The notes under the pieces: model-generated
Databases searched by the model: none
What the model was told of the DNA's origin: nothing
Seen by the model: only the letters and a program-made list of their open reading frames with translations
Shown: one piece after another, positions 1 through 10,813 of the stretch
Numbering within the stretch: the stretch's first letter is position 1
How the letters are laid out: every line of letters begins with the position of its first letter
DNA from: Ruminococcus champanellensis 18P13 = JCM 17042
Lineage (GTDB): Bacteria; Bacillota; Clostridia; Oscillospirales; Ruminococcaceae
Assembly: GCF_000210095.1 (NCBI RefSeq)
Contig: NC_021039.1
Span: 615,863 to 679,862, forward strand
Reading direction: 5' to 3'
Length of the DNA stretch: 64,000 nucleotides
Translations under genes and position numbers: made by a program

Positions 1-693
1 GTGGGTATCCGGCGTGACGCCCTTTGCCTCAAATAACTGAGATACAGTCACCAGGGTGTATCCATCCTGCTGCAATGCCGGAATCAGCAGATCCAGTGCC
101 TCCACTGTTTTGGTGTTGCCCTCTGCATCGTGCAGCAGGATGATGCTGCCGTCATGAATCTGCGCCAGCACCTTGTCGGAGCGTTCCTGCACCCCCACCT
201 TGTCGTCCCAGTCGTTGGAGCCGTAGCCGCAGATAAAGGGCATGCCCACTGTGTCATACATCAGGTCATTCACCGCAATATAGGGCGGGCGGAAAAACCG
301 GGTTGGCTCCCCGGTGATGGCCTCCACCCGCTGGGAGGTTTCCGTGATCTCCCTGCGGATCTGCTCTTCCGTCAGCTTGGTCATATCCCGGTGGGATTTG
401 GAGTGGTTGTGGATCTCGCAGCCCATGTCGTAGGCACGCTTTACCGTGTCGGTGGTCTGCTCCCCCACGTTGTTGCCGCAAACGAAAAAGGACGCCACCA
501 CCCCGTACTGATCCAGCTTGTCCAGAACCAGGGGCGTGGTGCTGCTGGGGCCATCGTCAAAGGTCAGGGCTATGACTTTTGTGTTGGCATCAAATTGCGG
601 TACCGGGCGGCTCGCTGCCTGGCTGTCCGTGCTGCATCCGGTCATCAATACAATCCCTCCCATCAGGGCAAGGAAACATGCTTTTCCGTTCAA
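1..693 (-). CDS. Polysaccharide deacetylase (NodB/CE4 domain) lipoprotein, C-terminus runs off window start
   Basis: Reverse-strand translation gives lipoprotein signal (MNGKACFLALMGGIVLMTGCS, lipobox LMTGC) then TFDDGP..., HSxxH and HD motifs of NodB deacetylases; RBS AAGGGGGA 6 nt before TTG at 693. Not in ORF table because it is truncated by the window edge; listed + ORF 130..804 is its antisense shadow. Confidence 0.7.
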   Translation of the reverse strand, partial: MNGKACFLALMGGIVLMTGCSTDSQAASRPVPQFDANTKVIALTFDDGPSSTTPLVLDKLDQYGVVASFFVCGNNVGEQTTDTVKRAYDMGCEIHNHSKSHRDMTKLTEEQIRREITETSQRVEAITGEPTRFFRPPYIAVNDLMYDTVGMPFICGYGSNDWDDKVGVQERSDKVLAQIHDGSIILLHDAEGNTKTVEALDLLIPALQQDGYTLVTVSQLFEAKGVTPDTH

Positions 694-814
694 TCTGCTT
701 CCCCCTTGTGCATTCGTAAAAAGTATCTCTCCCATTTTAGCATGAATCCCTTGCAAAGGTCAAATAGGTGTGGTAAAATAATAGGTATAGCCAAAAGGTT
801 ATAGGAGGAATCTT

Positions 815-1783
815 ATGACACCCCAACAGATCGAATACGTATTGCTGGTAGCCCAGCTTCGCAGCTTTTCCAAGGCGGCACAGAAGCTGTACATCACCCA
901 GCCCTCACTGAGCAAATACATCATCAACATCGAACGACAGCTTGGCACGGAGATTTTTGACCGGAGCACCACCCCCATCAGTCTGACCGCTGCCGGAGAA
1001 GCATACGTTGCCACCGCCCGGCAGATCAAGGCTGCCCAGGATGACCTGGCGAACCGGATCGCAGATATGCAGAACCTCCGGGCAGGCACATTGAAGATCG
1101 GCGCATCCACCTTCCGGACAAGCTATATGCTGGCACGGAGTATTTCCCAGTTCTGCCGGGAGCATGCAGGGGTGGAGGTGTCCATTGCGGACAACAATTC
1201 CGAAAACCTCAAGGAAATGCTCCGGGCAGGGCAGATCGACCTGCTTATCAGCACCGGAAGCTTTGATCCCAAATATTTTGATGTGGAGCCACTTGCCACG
1301 GAGCAGTTGTATGCGGCAGTGCCGGCGGCAGCCCCCGTCAATGGAAAACTGGCGGACTGGCAGCTGTCCTGGGAGGATATCCGCAGCCGCAGTGAACGGT
1401 TTCTCCGGGCAAAGCCGGTGGATCTGTCCCGACTCCGGGATGTGCCCTTTATCCTGCCCCAGCAGGAGGAATTCAACGAGGAGGTCATGCAGCGCTCCTT
1501 TATAGCATTCGGAGGATTGCCGGAGCCTGCCCTCCGGGTGCGTACCATTGACGCTGCCTTTTCCTTTGTGGTGTCCGGCTTTGGCATGACCCTGATCCCG
1601 GATACCATGATCCATTTCGGGAATTATGCCGCCCACCCGGTGTTCTACGCCCTGGAGCCTGCCCATGCCCAGCGGCAGATCTGCCTGGTGATGCGCCGCA
1701 GCAGCTATGTGTCCAAGGCGGCGGCAGCCTACTGTCTGACCTTAAAGCGGCTGGTGGAGATCGGCACATGGCGGATCCTGTGA
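815..1783 (+). CDS. LysR-family transcriptional regulator
   Basis: N-terminal HTH 'IEYVLLVAQLRSFSKAAQKLYITQPSLSKYIINIERQLGTEIFDR' typical of LysR; ~320 aa with a C-terminal substrate-binding domain. Confidence 0.85.
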   Translation: MTPQQIEYVLLVAQLRSFSKAAQKLYITQPSLSKYIINIERQLGTEIFDRSTTPISLTAAGEAYVATARQIKAAQDDLANRIADMQNLRAGTLKIGASTFRTSYMLARSISQFCREHAGVEVSIADNNSENLKEMLRAGQIDLLISTGSFDPKYFDVEPLATEQLYAAVPAAAPVNGKLADWQLSWEDIRSRSERFLRAKPVDLSRLRDVPFILPQQEEFNEEVMQRSFIAFGGLPEPALRVRTIDAAFSFVVSGFGMTLIPDTMIHFGNYAAHPVFYALEPAHAQRQICLVMRRSSYVSKAAAAYCLTLKRLVEIGTWRIL

Positions 1784-2886
1784 CCATCCGGGAAAAGCTG
1801 GGGCAGGATGCCTATGCGGGGCTTTGCGCCGCCTCTCTGACCCTTGCCGGGAACAATGCACGGCTGCACCGGGCGTTTTCTGCCGGACAGGTGCGGATCG
1901 CATTTTTAGGCGGCTCTGTCACTGCCGGTTGTCTGGACAATGCCTATGTGCCGGAGCCATTCCCCCTGCATGGGGTGCAGCGTCTGCGCAGTGCCATGCC
2001 CGGCAAACGGTTTTATCTGTATGATTACAGCATTGCCGGAACCGGATCGGACTACGGTCTGGTATGCGTCCGCCGGGAGCTGTCCCTGTGCCGTCCACAG
2101 CTAGTGGTGGTGGAGTACGGCATCAACGACGCCAAGACGCCGGAAAGCATCGGCTGCTTTGAAAGTCTGATCCGGATGCTTTTGCAGTTGCCGGAAAAAC
2201 CGGCGGTATGCCTGCTGCTGGTAGGCATGGAGGACGGGTACTGCTGTCGGGCGCATATGACCCGGATTGCCGCTCACTATGGTCTGCCGGTGGTGGATGC
2301 CGCTGCCGCCCTGGAGGATGCCATCCGGGGAGGACAGCTGACCTGGTGGGATTATGCGGCGGACAGTTGTCATCCCCACCCTGCCGGGCATCAATGGCTG
2401 GGGGATTGCCTGTTTGCCGGACTGCACGAATGGCTCTCTGCTCCGGCAGATGCGCCCCAGCCTCTCCCTCCGGCTTGTGCGTATCATGCGCCTCTGACGG
2501 ATCTGGAGCTGCTGTTCCTAGATGCTTTGGAATCTCCCTATGAACACCGGTTCGGGGAGGATGGACTGCCCATGCTGCTGCATACCGCTGACCATGGGGG
2601 TTCCTGGAAGCTTCCCCTGTATTGCCGGGGGGTGCTGCTGGTGTACCGGCAGTATGCCAGCCACAATTACGCCACCTTCTATGCTTCCCTGGATGGGGGC
2701 GATCCGGTGCCCCTCCGGGGATACAGCCTGTTTGGCTGGGGCAATCCGGTGACGGTGCTGCTGTCCGGAGGAGATACATCCGGGGAACATGTACTGACCC
2801 TGGCACCGGCGGACTGTGACCGGAATCTGAAATTTGAACTGGTCGCTCTGGGCATCTGGGGCGGCAAGAGAAAGGAATCGGACTGA
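1768..2886 (+). CDS. SGNH/GDSL-type hydrolase (block I is GGS instead of GDS), no signal peptide
   Basis: 'IAFLGGSVTAG' (block I), 'YGINDA' (block III), 'DSCHPHPAGH' (DxxH block V); overlaps LysR stop by 16 nt. Confidence 0.6.
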   Translation: MADPVTIREKLGQDAYAGLCAASLTLAGNNARLHRAFSAGQVRIAFLGGSVTAGCLDNAYVPEPFPLHGVQRLRSAMPGKRFYLYDYSIAGTGSDYGLVCVRRELSLCRPQLVVVEYGINDAKTPESIGCFESLIRMLLQLPEKPAVCLLLVGMEDGYCCRAHMTRIAAHYGLPVVDAAAALEDAIRGGQLTWWDYAADSCHPHPAGHQWLGDCLFAGLHEWLSAPADAPQPLPPACAYHAPLTDLELLFLDALESPYEHRFGEDGLPMLLHTADHGGSWKLPLYCRGVLLVYRQYASHNYATFYASLDGGDPVPLRGYSLFGWGNPVTVLLSGGDTSGEHVLTLAPADCDRNLKFELVALGIWGGKRKESD

Positions 2887-3611
2887 TGTTTTCCATGGAA
2901 TATCGGCTGGGTGCCAGCCGGGTGGACGAAACAGGACTTTTGCGGTGCAGCGGCATGGTGGATCTGATGCAGGACTGCTCCGGCTTTCAGCTGGATACGG
3001 AGCAGGCGCTGAACACCTATTTTGCAGAGCATGGGCTGGGTATGTACCTGGCATCCCGACAGATTGATATTGTCCGGATGCCAGCCTATGGGGAGCAGAT
3101 GACCTTGAAAACCTGGATCTTTGACTGCAATCGGTTTTACGGCTGTCGGAATACGCTGCTGCTGGACGCGGCCGGGGAAGTATGCGCCGCAAGCTGGTGC
3201 ATCGGGGTGTTTGTGGATTTGTCCACCGCCCGGGGCACCCGGATTCCCCAGATCTTGCTGGAGCAGGTACGGCTGGAGCCTGCCTATGAAATGGAGTATC
3301 TGCCCCATAAGCTGATTCTGCCGGATGCGTCCCAGCCCTGGGAGCAGCTGTCTGACAGAGTGGCGGATCGGAGCATGATCGACCGGTATCACCATGTGAA
3401 CAATGCCCGGTATTTTGACCTGGGGGAGGAGGCACTGCCAGAGGGGTATGCCTATCGCCGGGTGCGGATCGCCTACAAGACCCCGGCAAAGCATGGGGCG
3501 CTGATCTGTCCTCGTCGGCTGACCACGGCGGAGGGCTGCTGGATCGCTCTTTGCGATGGACAGGGCAAGCCCTATGCCCAATTGTTGTACTCGGATATAG
3601 TCCCGGTGTAA
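2886..3611 (+). CDS. Acyl-ACP thioesterase (FatA/B-like hotdog fold)
   Basis: ~240 aa, two hotdog halves, conserved 'IDRYHHVNNARYFD' motif of the acyl-ACP thioesterase family; translationally coupled to the upstream SGNH gene (ATG overlaps its stop). Confidence 0.75.
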   Translation: MFSMEYRLGASRVDETGLLRCSGMVDLMQDCSGFQLDTEQALNTYFAEHGLGMYLASRQIDIVRMPAYGEQMTLKTWIFDCNRFYGCRNTLLLDAAGEVCAASWCIGVFVDLSTARGTRIPQILLEQVRLEPAYEMEYLPHKLILPDASQPWEQLSDRVADRSMIDRYHHVNNARYFDLGEEALPEGYAYRRVRIAYKTPAKHGALICPRRLTTAEGCWIALCDGQGKPYAQLLYSDIVPV

Positions 3612-3667
3612 TCCATTCGATAGACTGAAAACCATTTGCCACCGTTCCGGAAGTATGGTACAATAGT

Positions 3668-3702
3668 AGGGCAGCACTGTACAAGCTTTGTGCGATGTTG
3701 CC
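3668..3702 (+). repeat. Minimal copy (A) of the inverted-repeat hairpin element in the CE2 esterase 5' UTR
   Basis: GGGCAGCACTGTACAAG|CTTTGTGCGATGTTGCCC; the two arms abut with no core; right arm 16/17 identical to the copy B/C terminal repeat. Confidence 0.45.
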
Positions 3703-3726
3703 CTGCACATCATATAAAGGAGAAAA

Positions 3727-4886
3727 TGCGGATGAGAGCATGCAAAGCGGTTGCGACAGCGGTCTGTCTTGCGGTAAGCTGTACAGGGTTGCTTGCCGGA
3801 TGCAGAACGGAGGAAAACGATATGCACAAAACCTATGCCCCCTCGGAGGAGGCGGTGCTGCCCCTGGGGCGCACTTATTATGCGGACGATATGCGCTGGT
3901 GCGCCTATTCCGGCACCGGAGCGGCATTTACCTTTACCGGCACCAAGGCGGAGATCACCATCGCCGGGGATCAGATCGCCGAAGCGCCGGATAACCAGGC
4001 GAACTATGCCCGTATTGCGGTGTATGTGAATGAGGAACGGGTGGTGGATGACCAGATCGATCAGCCGGAAAAGACCTATACCGTATTCCAGAGCGATGCG
4101 GCACAGGAGGTCACGGTGCGGATCGTGAAGCTGTCGGAATGCGCCATGTCCACCATTGCCATCAAGCAGATCACGGTGGATTCCCAGGAGGGCATCCGCC
4201 CGGCGCAGCCCCAGTCCCGGCTCATCGAGTTTGTGGGGGATTCCATCACCTGCGGCTACGGCGTGGACGATGAAGTGGCGGAGCATCATTTTTCCACCGC
4301 CACAGAGGATGTGACCAAGGCATACGCTTACCGGACGGCGCAGACCCTGAAAGCAGATTACAGTATGGTATCCATCAGCGGGTACGGGATCCTGTCCGGC
4401 TATACGGACAGCGGCAAGCTCCAGCCTCATCAGATCGTGCCCCGGTATTACCCCAAGCTGGGCTTTTCCAACGGCAGCTTCGGGGACAAGAAGCCTGCCT
4501 CCATCAGGTGGGATTTCGCCCGGCAGCCGGATCTGGTGGTCATCAACCTGGGCACCAACGACGACAGCTACTGCCAGACGGACGCCCAGCGGCAGGCGGA
4601 TTTTGCCGCCGCCTATGTGGAATTTCTCAAGACCGTCCGGGAGAAGAATCCGGATGCTCCCATTCTCTGCACCCTGGGGATCATGGGGGATCGGCTGTAC
4701 CCCAGCGTGGAGGCTGCGGTTGCCGCATACTCCAAGGAAACCGGGGACAGCAATGTGTCCTGTATGAAATTTGACGTACAGAATCAGGCGGACGGCTACG
4801 CTGCTGATTGGCACCCCACCGCCAAGACCCATGAGAAAGCAGCTACCAGGCTGGCGGAGGAGATCCGCAGCCGATACGGCTGGTAA
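3727..4886 (+). CDS. CE2-like SGNH esterase lipoprotein (N-terminal beta-sandwich + SGNH hydrolase)
   Basis: RBS AAAGGAG then ATG 3727; signal plus lipobox LLAGC; 'EFVGDSITCGYGVDD' (GDS block), 'VVINLGTNDD', 'DWHPTAKTHE' (DxxH). Paralog of 24006..25736. ORF table start 3636 is probably an upstream extension. Confidence 0.75.
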
Positions 4887-4892
4887 TCGGGA

Positions 4893-4925
4893 ACGCCCTT
4901 GCGGATGCAGGGGCGTTTTTTGTCT
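4893..4925 (+). terminator. Rho-independent terminator after CE2 esterase
   Basis: aacgcccttgcggatgcaggggcgtttttt hairpin plus T-tract. Confidence 0.6.
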
Positions 4926-5063
4926 GCGTGCTGGGAAGCACCGAAAAAAGATTGATTCTTCTACAAGAAACTATTGACATTTCAGGGGGGTATGCTATAC
5001 TATATATAGAAGCATACAGGAACAGGGCAGACCGCTGCCCGGTACAGAAAAAGGAGGATCAGA

Positions 5064-5627
5064 ATGAAAAAACTTGTTGTATTTGCAGCCGCATTAGCGC
5101 TGCTGACCGGATGCACCGCTGACAGCAGCTCCACCGGCAGTTCAGCCGCCCAGCCGGCACAGACCACTGCTGCCGCATCCGGTTCCAGTCAGACCGGAAA
5201 CACGGAATCCAGTATTCATGCGGATTATCCGGTTTACGACAGCCTCCAGGCATTGCAGGAAAAGTCGGATCTGATCCTCCGGTGCAAATTCCAGAAACGG
5301 GAGGAAACCAGCTTTGAGAATTCCCCCTATACCCGCATGACGATCCAGGTGCAGGAAGCGTACAAGGGTGATGCCAAGCAGGGGGATACCTTGACCTTCT
5401 TGCAGTTGGGTACCAACGAAGCAGCCCAGAACCCAGTGGTCTGCAATGATTATGTATCCATGCAGTCCGACCAGGAGTATGTACTGTTTCTGACAAAATC
5501 CGGGGAGGAATATTTCATGCCATCTCCGGCGCAAAGCTGTTACCTGTGGGCGGAGGGGGATAAGACGCTTTCCCCGGTGCTGGATTCCAGCGTCGCCCTG
5601 TCCGTCAAAGCGGAGGATCTGAAATAA
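5064..5627 (+). CDS. Hypothetical lipoprotein
   Basis: MKKLVVFAAALALLTGCTADSSS lipoprotein signal; Ser/Thr-rich linker; no recognisable domain. Confidence 0.6.
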   Translation: MKKLVVFAAALALLTGCTADSSSTGSSAAQPAQTTAAASGSSQTGNTESSIHADYPVYDSLQALQEKSDLILRCKFQKREETSFENSPYTRMTIQVQEAYKGDAKQGDTLTFLQLGTNEAAQNPVVCNDYVSMQSDQEYVLFLTKSGEEYFMPSPAQSCYLWAEGDKTLSPVLDSSVALSVKAEDLK

Positions 5628-5703
5628 GCATGCAAAACCGTCTGCATTTGCAGGCGGTTTTTTGTGTGGTCTGATAATTTGAAAAAAGGGATGCATACTA
5701 CCC

Positions 5704-5753
5704 TTGACAAGCAGGGTGGATGGGTGTATACTAAAAATACCCCCATGGGGTAT
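5704..5753 (+). promoter_or_regulatory. cop operon promoter (TTGACA 5704-5709, 17 nt, TATACT 5727-5732) with CsoR-type operator palindrome ATACCCCCATGGGGTAT (5737-5753)
   Basis: Near-consensus sigma-A hexamers; perfect 17-bp GC-rich palindrome between -10 and start codon, matching the class of CsoR operators (ATACCC-N-GGGTAT). Confidence 0.7.
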
Positions 5754-5776
5754 ACGAACACAACGAGGTGCATGTG

Positions 5777-6088
5777 ATGGAGGAGAAAAAAGCCTGTCCC
5801 TGCTGCTGTCAGAAAACCACAAAGCGCAGTGCGGAACAGAAAAAAGCGCTGCTGAACCGGCTGCGGCGGATCGAAGGACAGGTACGGGGCATCCAGACCA
5901 TGCTGGAACAGGACGCCTACTGCAATGATGTACTGATCCAGTCCGCAGCGGTGAATGCAGCCATGAACGCATTCAACCGGGAGCTGCTGGCAAGTCACAT
6001 TCGGGGCTGTGTGGTGCGGGATATCCGTGCGGGGCAGGACGAGGTGATCGACGAGTTGGTGGCGACCCTGCAAAAGCTGATGAAGTGA
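5777..6088 (+). CDS. csoR: Copper-sensing transcriptional repressor CsoR (CsoR/RcnR family)
   Basis: ~104 aa; conserved Cys...His...Cys ligands in '[13 protein letters not shown]...[11 protein letters not shown]'; directly upstream of copA/copZ. Confidence 0.85.
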   Translation: MEEKKACPCCCQKTTKRSAEQKKALLNRLRRIEGQVRGIQTMLEQDAYCNDVLIQSAAVNAAMNAFNRELLASHIRGCVVRDIRAGQDEVIDELVATLQKLMK

Positions 6089-6099
6089 GGAGAACCGAA

Positions 6100-8607
6100 A
6101 TGAAGCAATATGAGGTAACGGGCATGAGCTGTGCCGCATGCAGCGCCCGGGTGGAGCGTGCGGTATCCGCCGTGCCTGGCGTGGAAAGCTGTGCGGTGAA
6201 TCTGCTGACCAATTCCATGGGGGTGGAGGGCACTGCCGCCCCGGATGCGGTGATCGCAGCAGTGCAGGCGGCTGGCTACGGCGCATCCCTCAAGGGGGCA
6301 AAGCAGGATACTGTGCCCAAGGATACCCTTCGGGATACGGAAACCCCCAGGATCCGCCGCCGGCTCATCACCTCTGTGGCACTGCTGCTGGTGCTGATGT
6401 ATTTCTCCATGGGGCATATGATGTGGAACTGGCCGCTGCCCCATTGGTTTGACGGGAACCATGTGGCAATGGGACTGGTGCAACTGTTGCTTGCAGGGAG
6501 CATCCTGGTCATCAACCAGAAATTTTTTGTCAGCGGCTTTCAGAGCCTGTGGCATCGCTCCCCCAACATGGATACGCTGGTTGCCCTCGGCTCCGGGGCA
6601 TCCTTTTTGTGGAGCGTATATGCCCTGTTCGCTATGACCGATGCCCAGGTACATGGGGATATGGATCGGGTCATGATCTATATGGACGAGTTTTATTTCG
6701 AGTCCGCCGCCATGATCCTGACGCTGATTACGGTGGGAAAAATGCTGGAGGCTCGCTCCAAAGGAAAAACCACCGACGCCATCCGGAGTCTGATGCAGCT
6801 TGCCCCCAAGACCGCCACTGTGATCCGGGACGGGAAGGAAGAAACCATTCCGGCGGAGCAGGTGCAGAAGGGGGACGTGTTTGCAGTCCGCCCCGGAGAG
6901 AGCATCCCGGTGGACGGGGTGATCCTGGAGGGGGAAAGTGCGGTGGATGAATCCGCCCTGACCGGGGAGAGCATTCCGGTGGACAAGGCACTGGGAGATC
7001 CGGTATGCGCCGCCACCATCAACCACTCCGGCTATCTGCGCTGTGAGGCGTCCCGGGTGGGGGAGGATACCACCCTGTCCCAGATCATCCGCATGGTCAG
7101 CGATGCGGCAGCCACCAAAGCCCCCATCGCCAAGATCGCCGACCGGGTGTCCGGGGTATTCGTGCCCATCGTGATCTCCATTGCGGCTGTCACCACGCTG
7201 GTGTGGCTACTGCTGGGGTACGGTACCGCTTTTGCTCTTGCCCGGGGCATCTCTGTGCTGGTCATTAGCTGCCCCTGTGCATTGGGGCTTGCCACCCCGG
7301 TGGCGATCATGGTGGGCAGCGGCGTAGGTGCCCGGAACGGCATTCTGTTCAAGACCGCCGTATCTCTGGAGGAAACCGGAAAGGTGCAGATCGTGGCACT
7401 GGACAAGACCGGCACCATTACCCAGGGTGCTCCCGTAGTGACGGATCTGCTGCCGGGATCCGGCGTATCAGAGCAGCGACTGCTGGCGGCGGCTGCCGCT
7501 TTGGAGGCTAAAAGTGAGCATCCCCTTGCGAAGGCGGTGCTGGCGTATGCCCGGCAGCAGGGCATCACCCCCGAAGAAGTGACCGCATTCACTGCCCATG
7601 CGGGAAATGGTCTGTCCGGCACGCTGGATGGAAAGCGGCTTACAGGGGGCAGCCTGCGGTTTATTGCATCCCGGAGCCCATTGTCCCTGGAAACGGAGCA
7701 GGCAGCCAATGCCTGGTCGGAGCAGGGGAAAACCCCTCTGCTGTTTCTGGAGGATGATACCTTCCTGGGTATGATCGCCGTGGCGGATACCATCAAGGAG
7801 GACAGTCCGGCAGCCATCCGGCAGCTGCAAGCCATGGGGATCCGGGTGGTGATGCTGACCGGGGACAATGCCCGTACCGCCCGTGCCATCGGCGCACAGG
7901 CAGGGGTGGATCAGGTGATCTCCGATGTACTGCCAGAGGGCAAGGAGGCGGAGATCCGTCGTCTCCGGCAGCAGGGCAGGGTGGCTATGGTGGGGGACGG
8001 CATCAACGATGCCCCGGCGCTGACCAGTGCGGACATGGGCATCGCCATCGGTGCCGGTGCGGACGTTGCCATCGATGCGGCGGACGTGGTGCTGATGAAA
8101 AGCCGGCTTTCGGATGTGCCTGCCGCCATTCGCCTGAGCCGGGGCGCTCTGCGGAATATCCACGAAAACCTGTTCTGGGCATTCTTCTACAACTTGATCG
8201 GCATTCCCCTGGCAGCCGGGGTATTCGTTCCCCTGGGACTGACGCTGAACCCCATGTTCGGGGCGGCTGCCATGAGTCTGTCCAGCGTATGCGTGGTGTC
8301 CAACGCCCTGCGGCTGAATTTCTGCCGGCTGTATGACACCCGGCGGGATCACAAGGGGAAACCGGCGGCAGCATCCGGCAGCACCCAGACCCGAACCCTG
8401 CACATCAAGGGCATGATGTGCGGTAACTGCGAGAATCATGTGCGCACCGCCCTGGAGGGCATCCAAGGGGTAGGCACGGTTCAGGTGAGCCATACTGCCG
8501 GCACGGCAGTGGTGACGCTGAATGAGACGGTGGCAAATGATACGCTGAAGCAAGCAGTCAAACAGGCTGGATACAAAGTCACAGCCATAGAATCACAGGA
8601 GGTATGA
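6100..8607 (+). CDS. copA: Copper-translocating P-type ATPase (P1B-1) with N- and C-terminal HMA domains
   Basis: N-term '[12 protein letters not shown]' and C-term '[11 protein letters not shown]' CxxC HMA domains; membrane CPC '[11 protein letters not shown]'; DKTGTIT; [10 protein letters not shown]. Start at ATG 6100 after GAGGAG. Confidence 0.9.
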   Translation: MKQYEVTGMSCAACSARVERAVSAVPGVESCAVNLLTNSMGVEGTAAPDAVIAAVQAAGYGASLKGAKQDTVPKDTLRDTETPRIRRRLITSVALLLVLMYFSMGHMMWNWPLPHWFDGNHVAMGLVQLLLAGSILVINQKFFVSGFQSLWHRSPNMDTLVALGSGASFLWSVYALFAMTDAQVHGDMDRVMIYMDEFYFESAAMILTLITVGKMLEARSKGKTTDAIRSLMQLAPKTATVIRDGKEETIPAEQVQKGDVFAVRPGESIPVDGVILEGESAVDESALTGESIPVDKALGDPVCAATINHSGYLRCEASRVGEDTTLSQIIRMVSDAAATKAPIAKIADRVSGVFVPIVISIAAVTTLVWLLLGYGTAFALARGISVLVISCPCALGLATPVAIMVGSGVGARNGILFKTAVSLEETGKVQIVALDKTGTITQGAPVVTDLLPGSGVSEQRLLAAAAALEAKSEHPLAKAVLAYARQQGITPEEVTAFTAHAGNGLSGTLDGKRLTGGSLRFIASRSPLSLETEQAANAWSEQGKTPLLFLEDDTFLGMIAVADTIKEDSPAAIRQLQAMGIRVVMLTGDNARTARAIGAQAGVDQVISDVLPEGKEAEIRRLRQQGRVAMVGDGINDAPALTSADMGIAIGAGADVAIDAADVVLMKSRLSDVPAAIRLSRGALRNIHENLFWAFFYNLIGIPLAAGVFVPLGLTLNPMFGAAAMSLSSVCVVSNALRLNFCRLYDTRRDHKGKPAAASGSTQTRTLHIKGMMCGNCENHVRTALEGIQGVGTVQVSHTAGTAVVTLNETVANDTLKQAVKQAGYKVTAIESQEV

Positions 8608-8610
8608 AAC

Positions 8611-8865
8611 ATGATTCGGACAATATTACAGATCGATGGGATGATGTGCGGTCACTGCGAGGCGCATGTGAACGACACCATCCGCCAGGCATTCCCGGTG
8701 AAGAAGGTGGAATCCTCTCACACCAAAAAGGAAACCGTCATTCTCAGTGAGGAGCCGCTGGATGAGGAAAAGCTCCGGGCAGTGATCGCCCAGACCGGGT
8801 ATACCCTGGGGGAGATCCGCACGGAGCCTTATGAGAAAAAGGGCCTGTTTTCCTTCTTAAAGTAA
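8611..8865 (+). CDS. copZ: Copper chaperone CopZ (HMA domain)
   Basis: 84 aa; 'GMMCGHCEAHV' CxxC ferredoxin-like fold. Confidence 0.85.
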   Translation: MIRTILQIDGMMCGHCEAHVNDTIRQAFPVKKVESSHTKKETVILSEEPLDEEKLRAVIAQTGYTLGEIRTEPYEKKGLFSFLK

Positions 8866-8883
8866 TCAGCTCTAAGCCAACAC

Positions 8884-8914
8884 CGCCCCGGGGAATCCTC
8901 CGGGGCGGCTTTTT
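8884..8914 (+). terminator. Rho-independent terminator after copZ
   Basis: ccgccccgggg aatcct ccggggcgg followed by ctttttat. Confidence 0.7.
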
Positions 8915-8950
8915 ATGACAGCACCACAGAATTTCTGCAAGGGTGCTGTC

Positions 8951-9850
8951 TTATTTTTTCGCCTTGCGATGCAGCAGATTCAGCAGCACATAGCCCCCGA
9001 TCAGCAGGACAATGGCGCCGCACAGGATCCCATACATGGCAGGCAGGGACACCTTGGTGCCGAAGAAGTACAGATTACAGTCGATGGAGTCCTTGATGCT
9101 TTCAATGATTTCCGCCGGGAACTGCTGCGCCTCCATTTCCGCATACACCCCACGGAGCGCATGATTCCGCAGCAGGCTTGTGCCGTAGGTGCCGGGCAGG
9201 AAGCTGATGACCTTTTGCAGACCTGCTCCGAACTGGGAGATGGGCATATAGGCACCGCAGATAAAGCCATATCCGGCGCTGATGATGGTGCCAACGGCGG
9301 AAATCTGACCCTGGGAGGACAGGAAGAAGTTGATGATGCTGGAGAGCGCTGTGCCGAACAGCACCAGCAGAACCACATCCGACAGCAGCAGGAACACGTC
9401 CCCGGCGGACATGTACCACCCCACCTTTGCCAGGTAGAGCATGCCTGCACCCAGTGCCAGGATGCAGATGATCAGAGTGCTGATGATGGTGGCAAAGTAA
9501 TAGCTCAGCGCCAGGGTGGAGCGGCGCACCGGAGTCATGGTCAGATCCCGCCGGGCACCGGTCACTTTGTCCTGTACCATGAGGGCGTTGCAGCAGACGG
9601 ATACGGTGACGCAACTGACCGCCAGCAGGGAGGAAAGCAGTTCTCCTCCGGCAGTGGCATCAATGAGCTTCTGGGGGATGTCCATACCCTTGGGCAGGGA
9701 GGAGGCAAAGCTGTCCCGGTAGACCTTTGCCAGGAATGTGGCGTACAGCACCAGCAGGATCATGGGGGTAATCAGGGACGTAAAGAACATGGCTTTGTCC
9801 TTGAAAAACAGCTTGCAGTTGCGGCGGATCAGATTGCCCAGTCCTGTCAT
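8951..9850 (-). CDS. ABC-2 type transporter permease
   Basis: Six predicted TM helices; ABC-2 family features; translationally coupled (overlaps 4 nt) with the upstream ATPase gene. Confidence 0.75.
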   Translation of the reverse strand: MTGLGNLIRRNCKLFFKDKAMFFTSLITPMILLVLYATFLAKVYRDSFASSLPKGMDIPQKLIDATAGGELLSSLLAVSCVTVSVCCNALMVQDKVTGARRDLTMTPVRRSTLALSYYFATIISTLIICILALGAGMLYLAKVGWYMSAGDVFLLLSDVVLLVLFGTALSSIINFFLSSQGQISAVGTIISAGYGFICGAYMPISQFGAGLQKVISFLPGTYGTSLLRNHALRGVYAEMEAQQFPAEIIESIKDSIDCNLYFFGTKVSLPAMYGILCGAIVLLIGGYVLLNLLHRKAKK

Positions 9851-10761
9851 TTGTCCATCCCTCCCGTCAGTTTCTTGCCGGTCACCGCAAGGAATACGTC
9901 GTCCATTTTCCCCTTGGTGATCTCATAGTCCGTAAACAGTGCCGGATGGGCTGTAATGAGCCTGGTGGCTGCTGCCGTATTGGGCACCGATACCCGGATG
10001 GCATCCCGTAGCTGCTCATAGGGCAGCCCCAGTGTCTGCTTCTGGGCATCATCCAGTCCGTACAGGGTGATGAAATCCCCGGTGTATTGATTTTTCAGCT
10101 CCAGGGGCGTGCCCTGGGCGGCAATGGCACCGTTGTCCAGAATGATGACATAGTCCGCATCCGCAGCCTCCTCCATATAGTGGGTGGTCAGAAACACGGT
10201 CATGTGCGCCTCCCGACGCAGCTTCTGCACCACATCCCACAGCAGCTTCCGGGTCTGGGGATCCAGTCCGGTGGTGGGCTCGTCCAGAATCAGAATCCGG
10301 GGCTGATGCAGCAGGGCACGGGCAATGTCAATGCGCCGCCGCTGTCCCCCGGACAGCTTGCCCACTGTGCGTCCCAGCAGATCCCCGAAGTCCAGCAGCT
10401 TTGCAAGCTCCTCCAGCCGCTTCCGGAATGCCTGCCCTTTAATGCCGTACAGGGCTGCCCGGCTTTGCAGATTATCCCGGACGGTGAGGGCTTTGTCCAG
10501 TACGGAATCCTGGAATACCACCCCCAGCATCCGGCTGATGTCCCCCATGTCAGCGTCTGTATCCTTGCCACAGACAATGACGGTGCCGCTGTCCTTGCGA
10601 AGCTGTCCGCAGAGAATGGAAATGGTGGTGGATTTTCCGGCACCGTTGACCCCCAGAAAGGCGAATAGCGCTCCGGCGTCCACATGGAAGGACAGATCCC
10701 GCACCGCATGCACCTCTCCGAAGGACTTGTTCAGCCCCTTGATTTCAATGATATGTTCCAT
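9847..10761 (-). CDS. ABC transporter ATP-binding protein
   Basis: Walker A 'GVNGAGKST', signature 'LSGGQRRR', Walker B 'ILILDEPT'; start at MEHIIEIKGL (ATG 10761) preceded by AAAGGA; the ORF-table start 10800 is probably an extension. Confidence 0.85.
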   Translation of the reverse strand: MEHIIEIKGLNKSFGEVHAVRDLSFHVDAGALFAFLGVNGAGKSTTISILCGQLRKDSGTVIVCGKDTDADMGDISRMLGVVFQDSVLDKALTVRDNLQSRAALYGIKGQAFRKRLEELAKLLDFGDLLGRTVGKLSGGQRRRIDIARALLHQPRILILDEPTTGLDPQTRKLLWDVVQKLRREAHMTVFLTTHYMEEAADADYVIILDNGAIAAQGTPLELKNQYTGDFITLYGLDDAQKQTLGLPYEQLRDAIRVSVPNTAAATRLITAHPALFTDYEITKGKMDDVFLAVTGKKLTGGMDK

Positions 10762-10813
10762 GTTGGGTCCTTTCTGTTTATTATACATCGCTTGTTGCAT
10801 ATCCTATGATGCT

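Noticed and set aside
130-804. 224-aa + strand ORF at window start
   Set aside because: It is the antisense shadow of the NodB polysaccharide-deacetylase gene on the minus strand; the translation has no domain features, whereas the opposite strand shows TFDDGP/HSxxH motifs and a lipoprotein signal.
2518-4832. Long minus-strand ORFs (469 aa, 717 aa) overlapping the thioesterase and CE2 genes; similar long antisense ORFs at 13155..15797, 18496..20433, 20997..23726, 48472..51408, 57396..59900
   Set aside because: Typical high-GC antisense open frames; the products are low-complexity (Pro/Arg/Gly-rich) with no motifs, while the sense strands encode clearly recognisable proteins.
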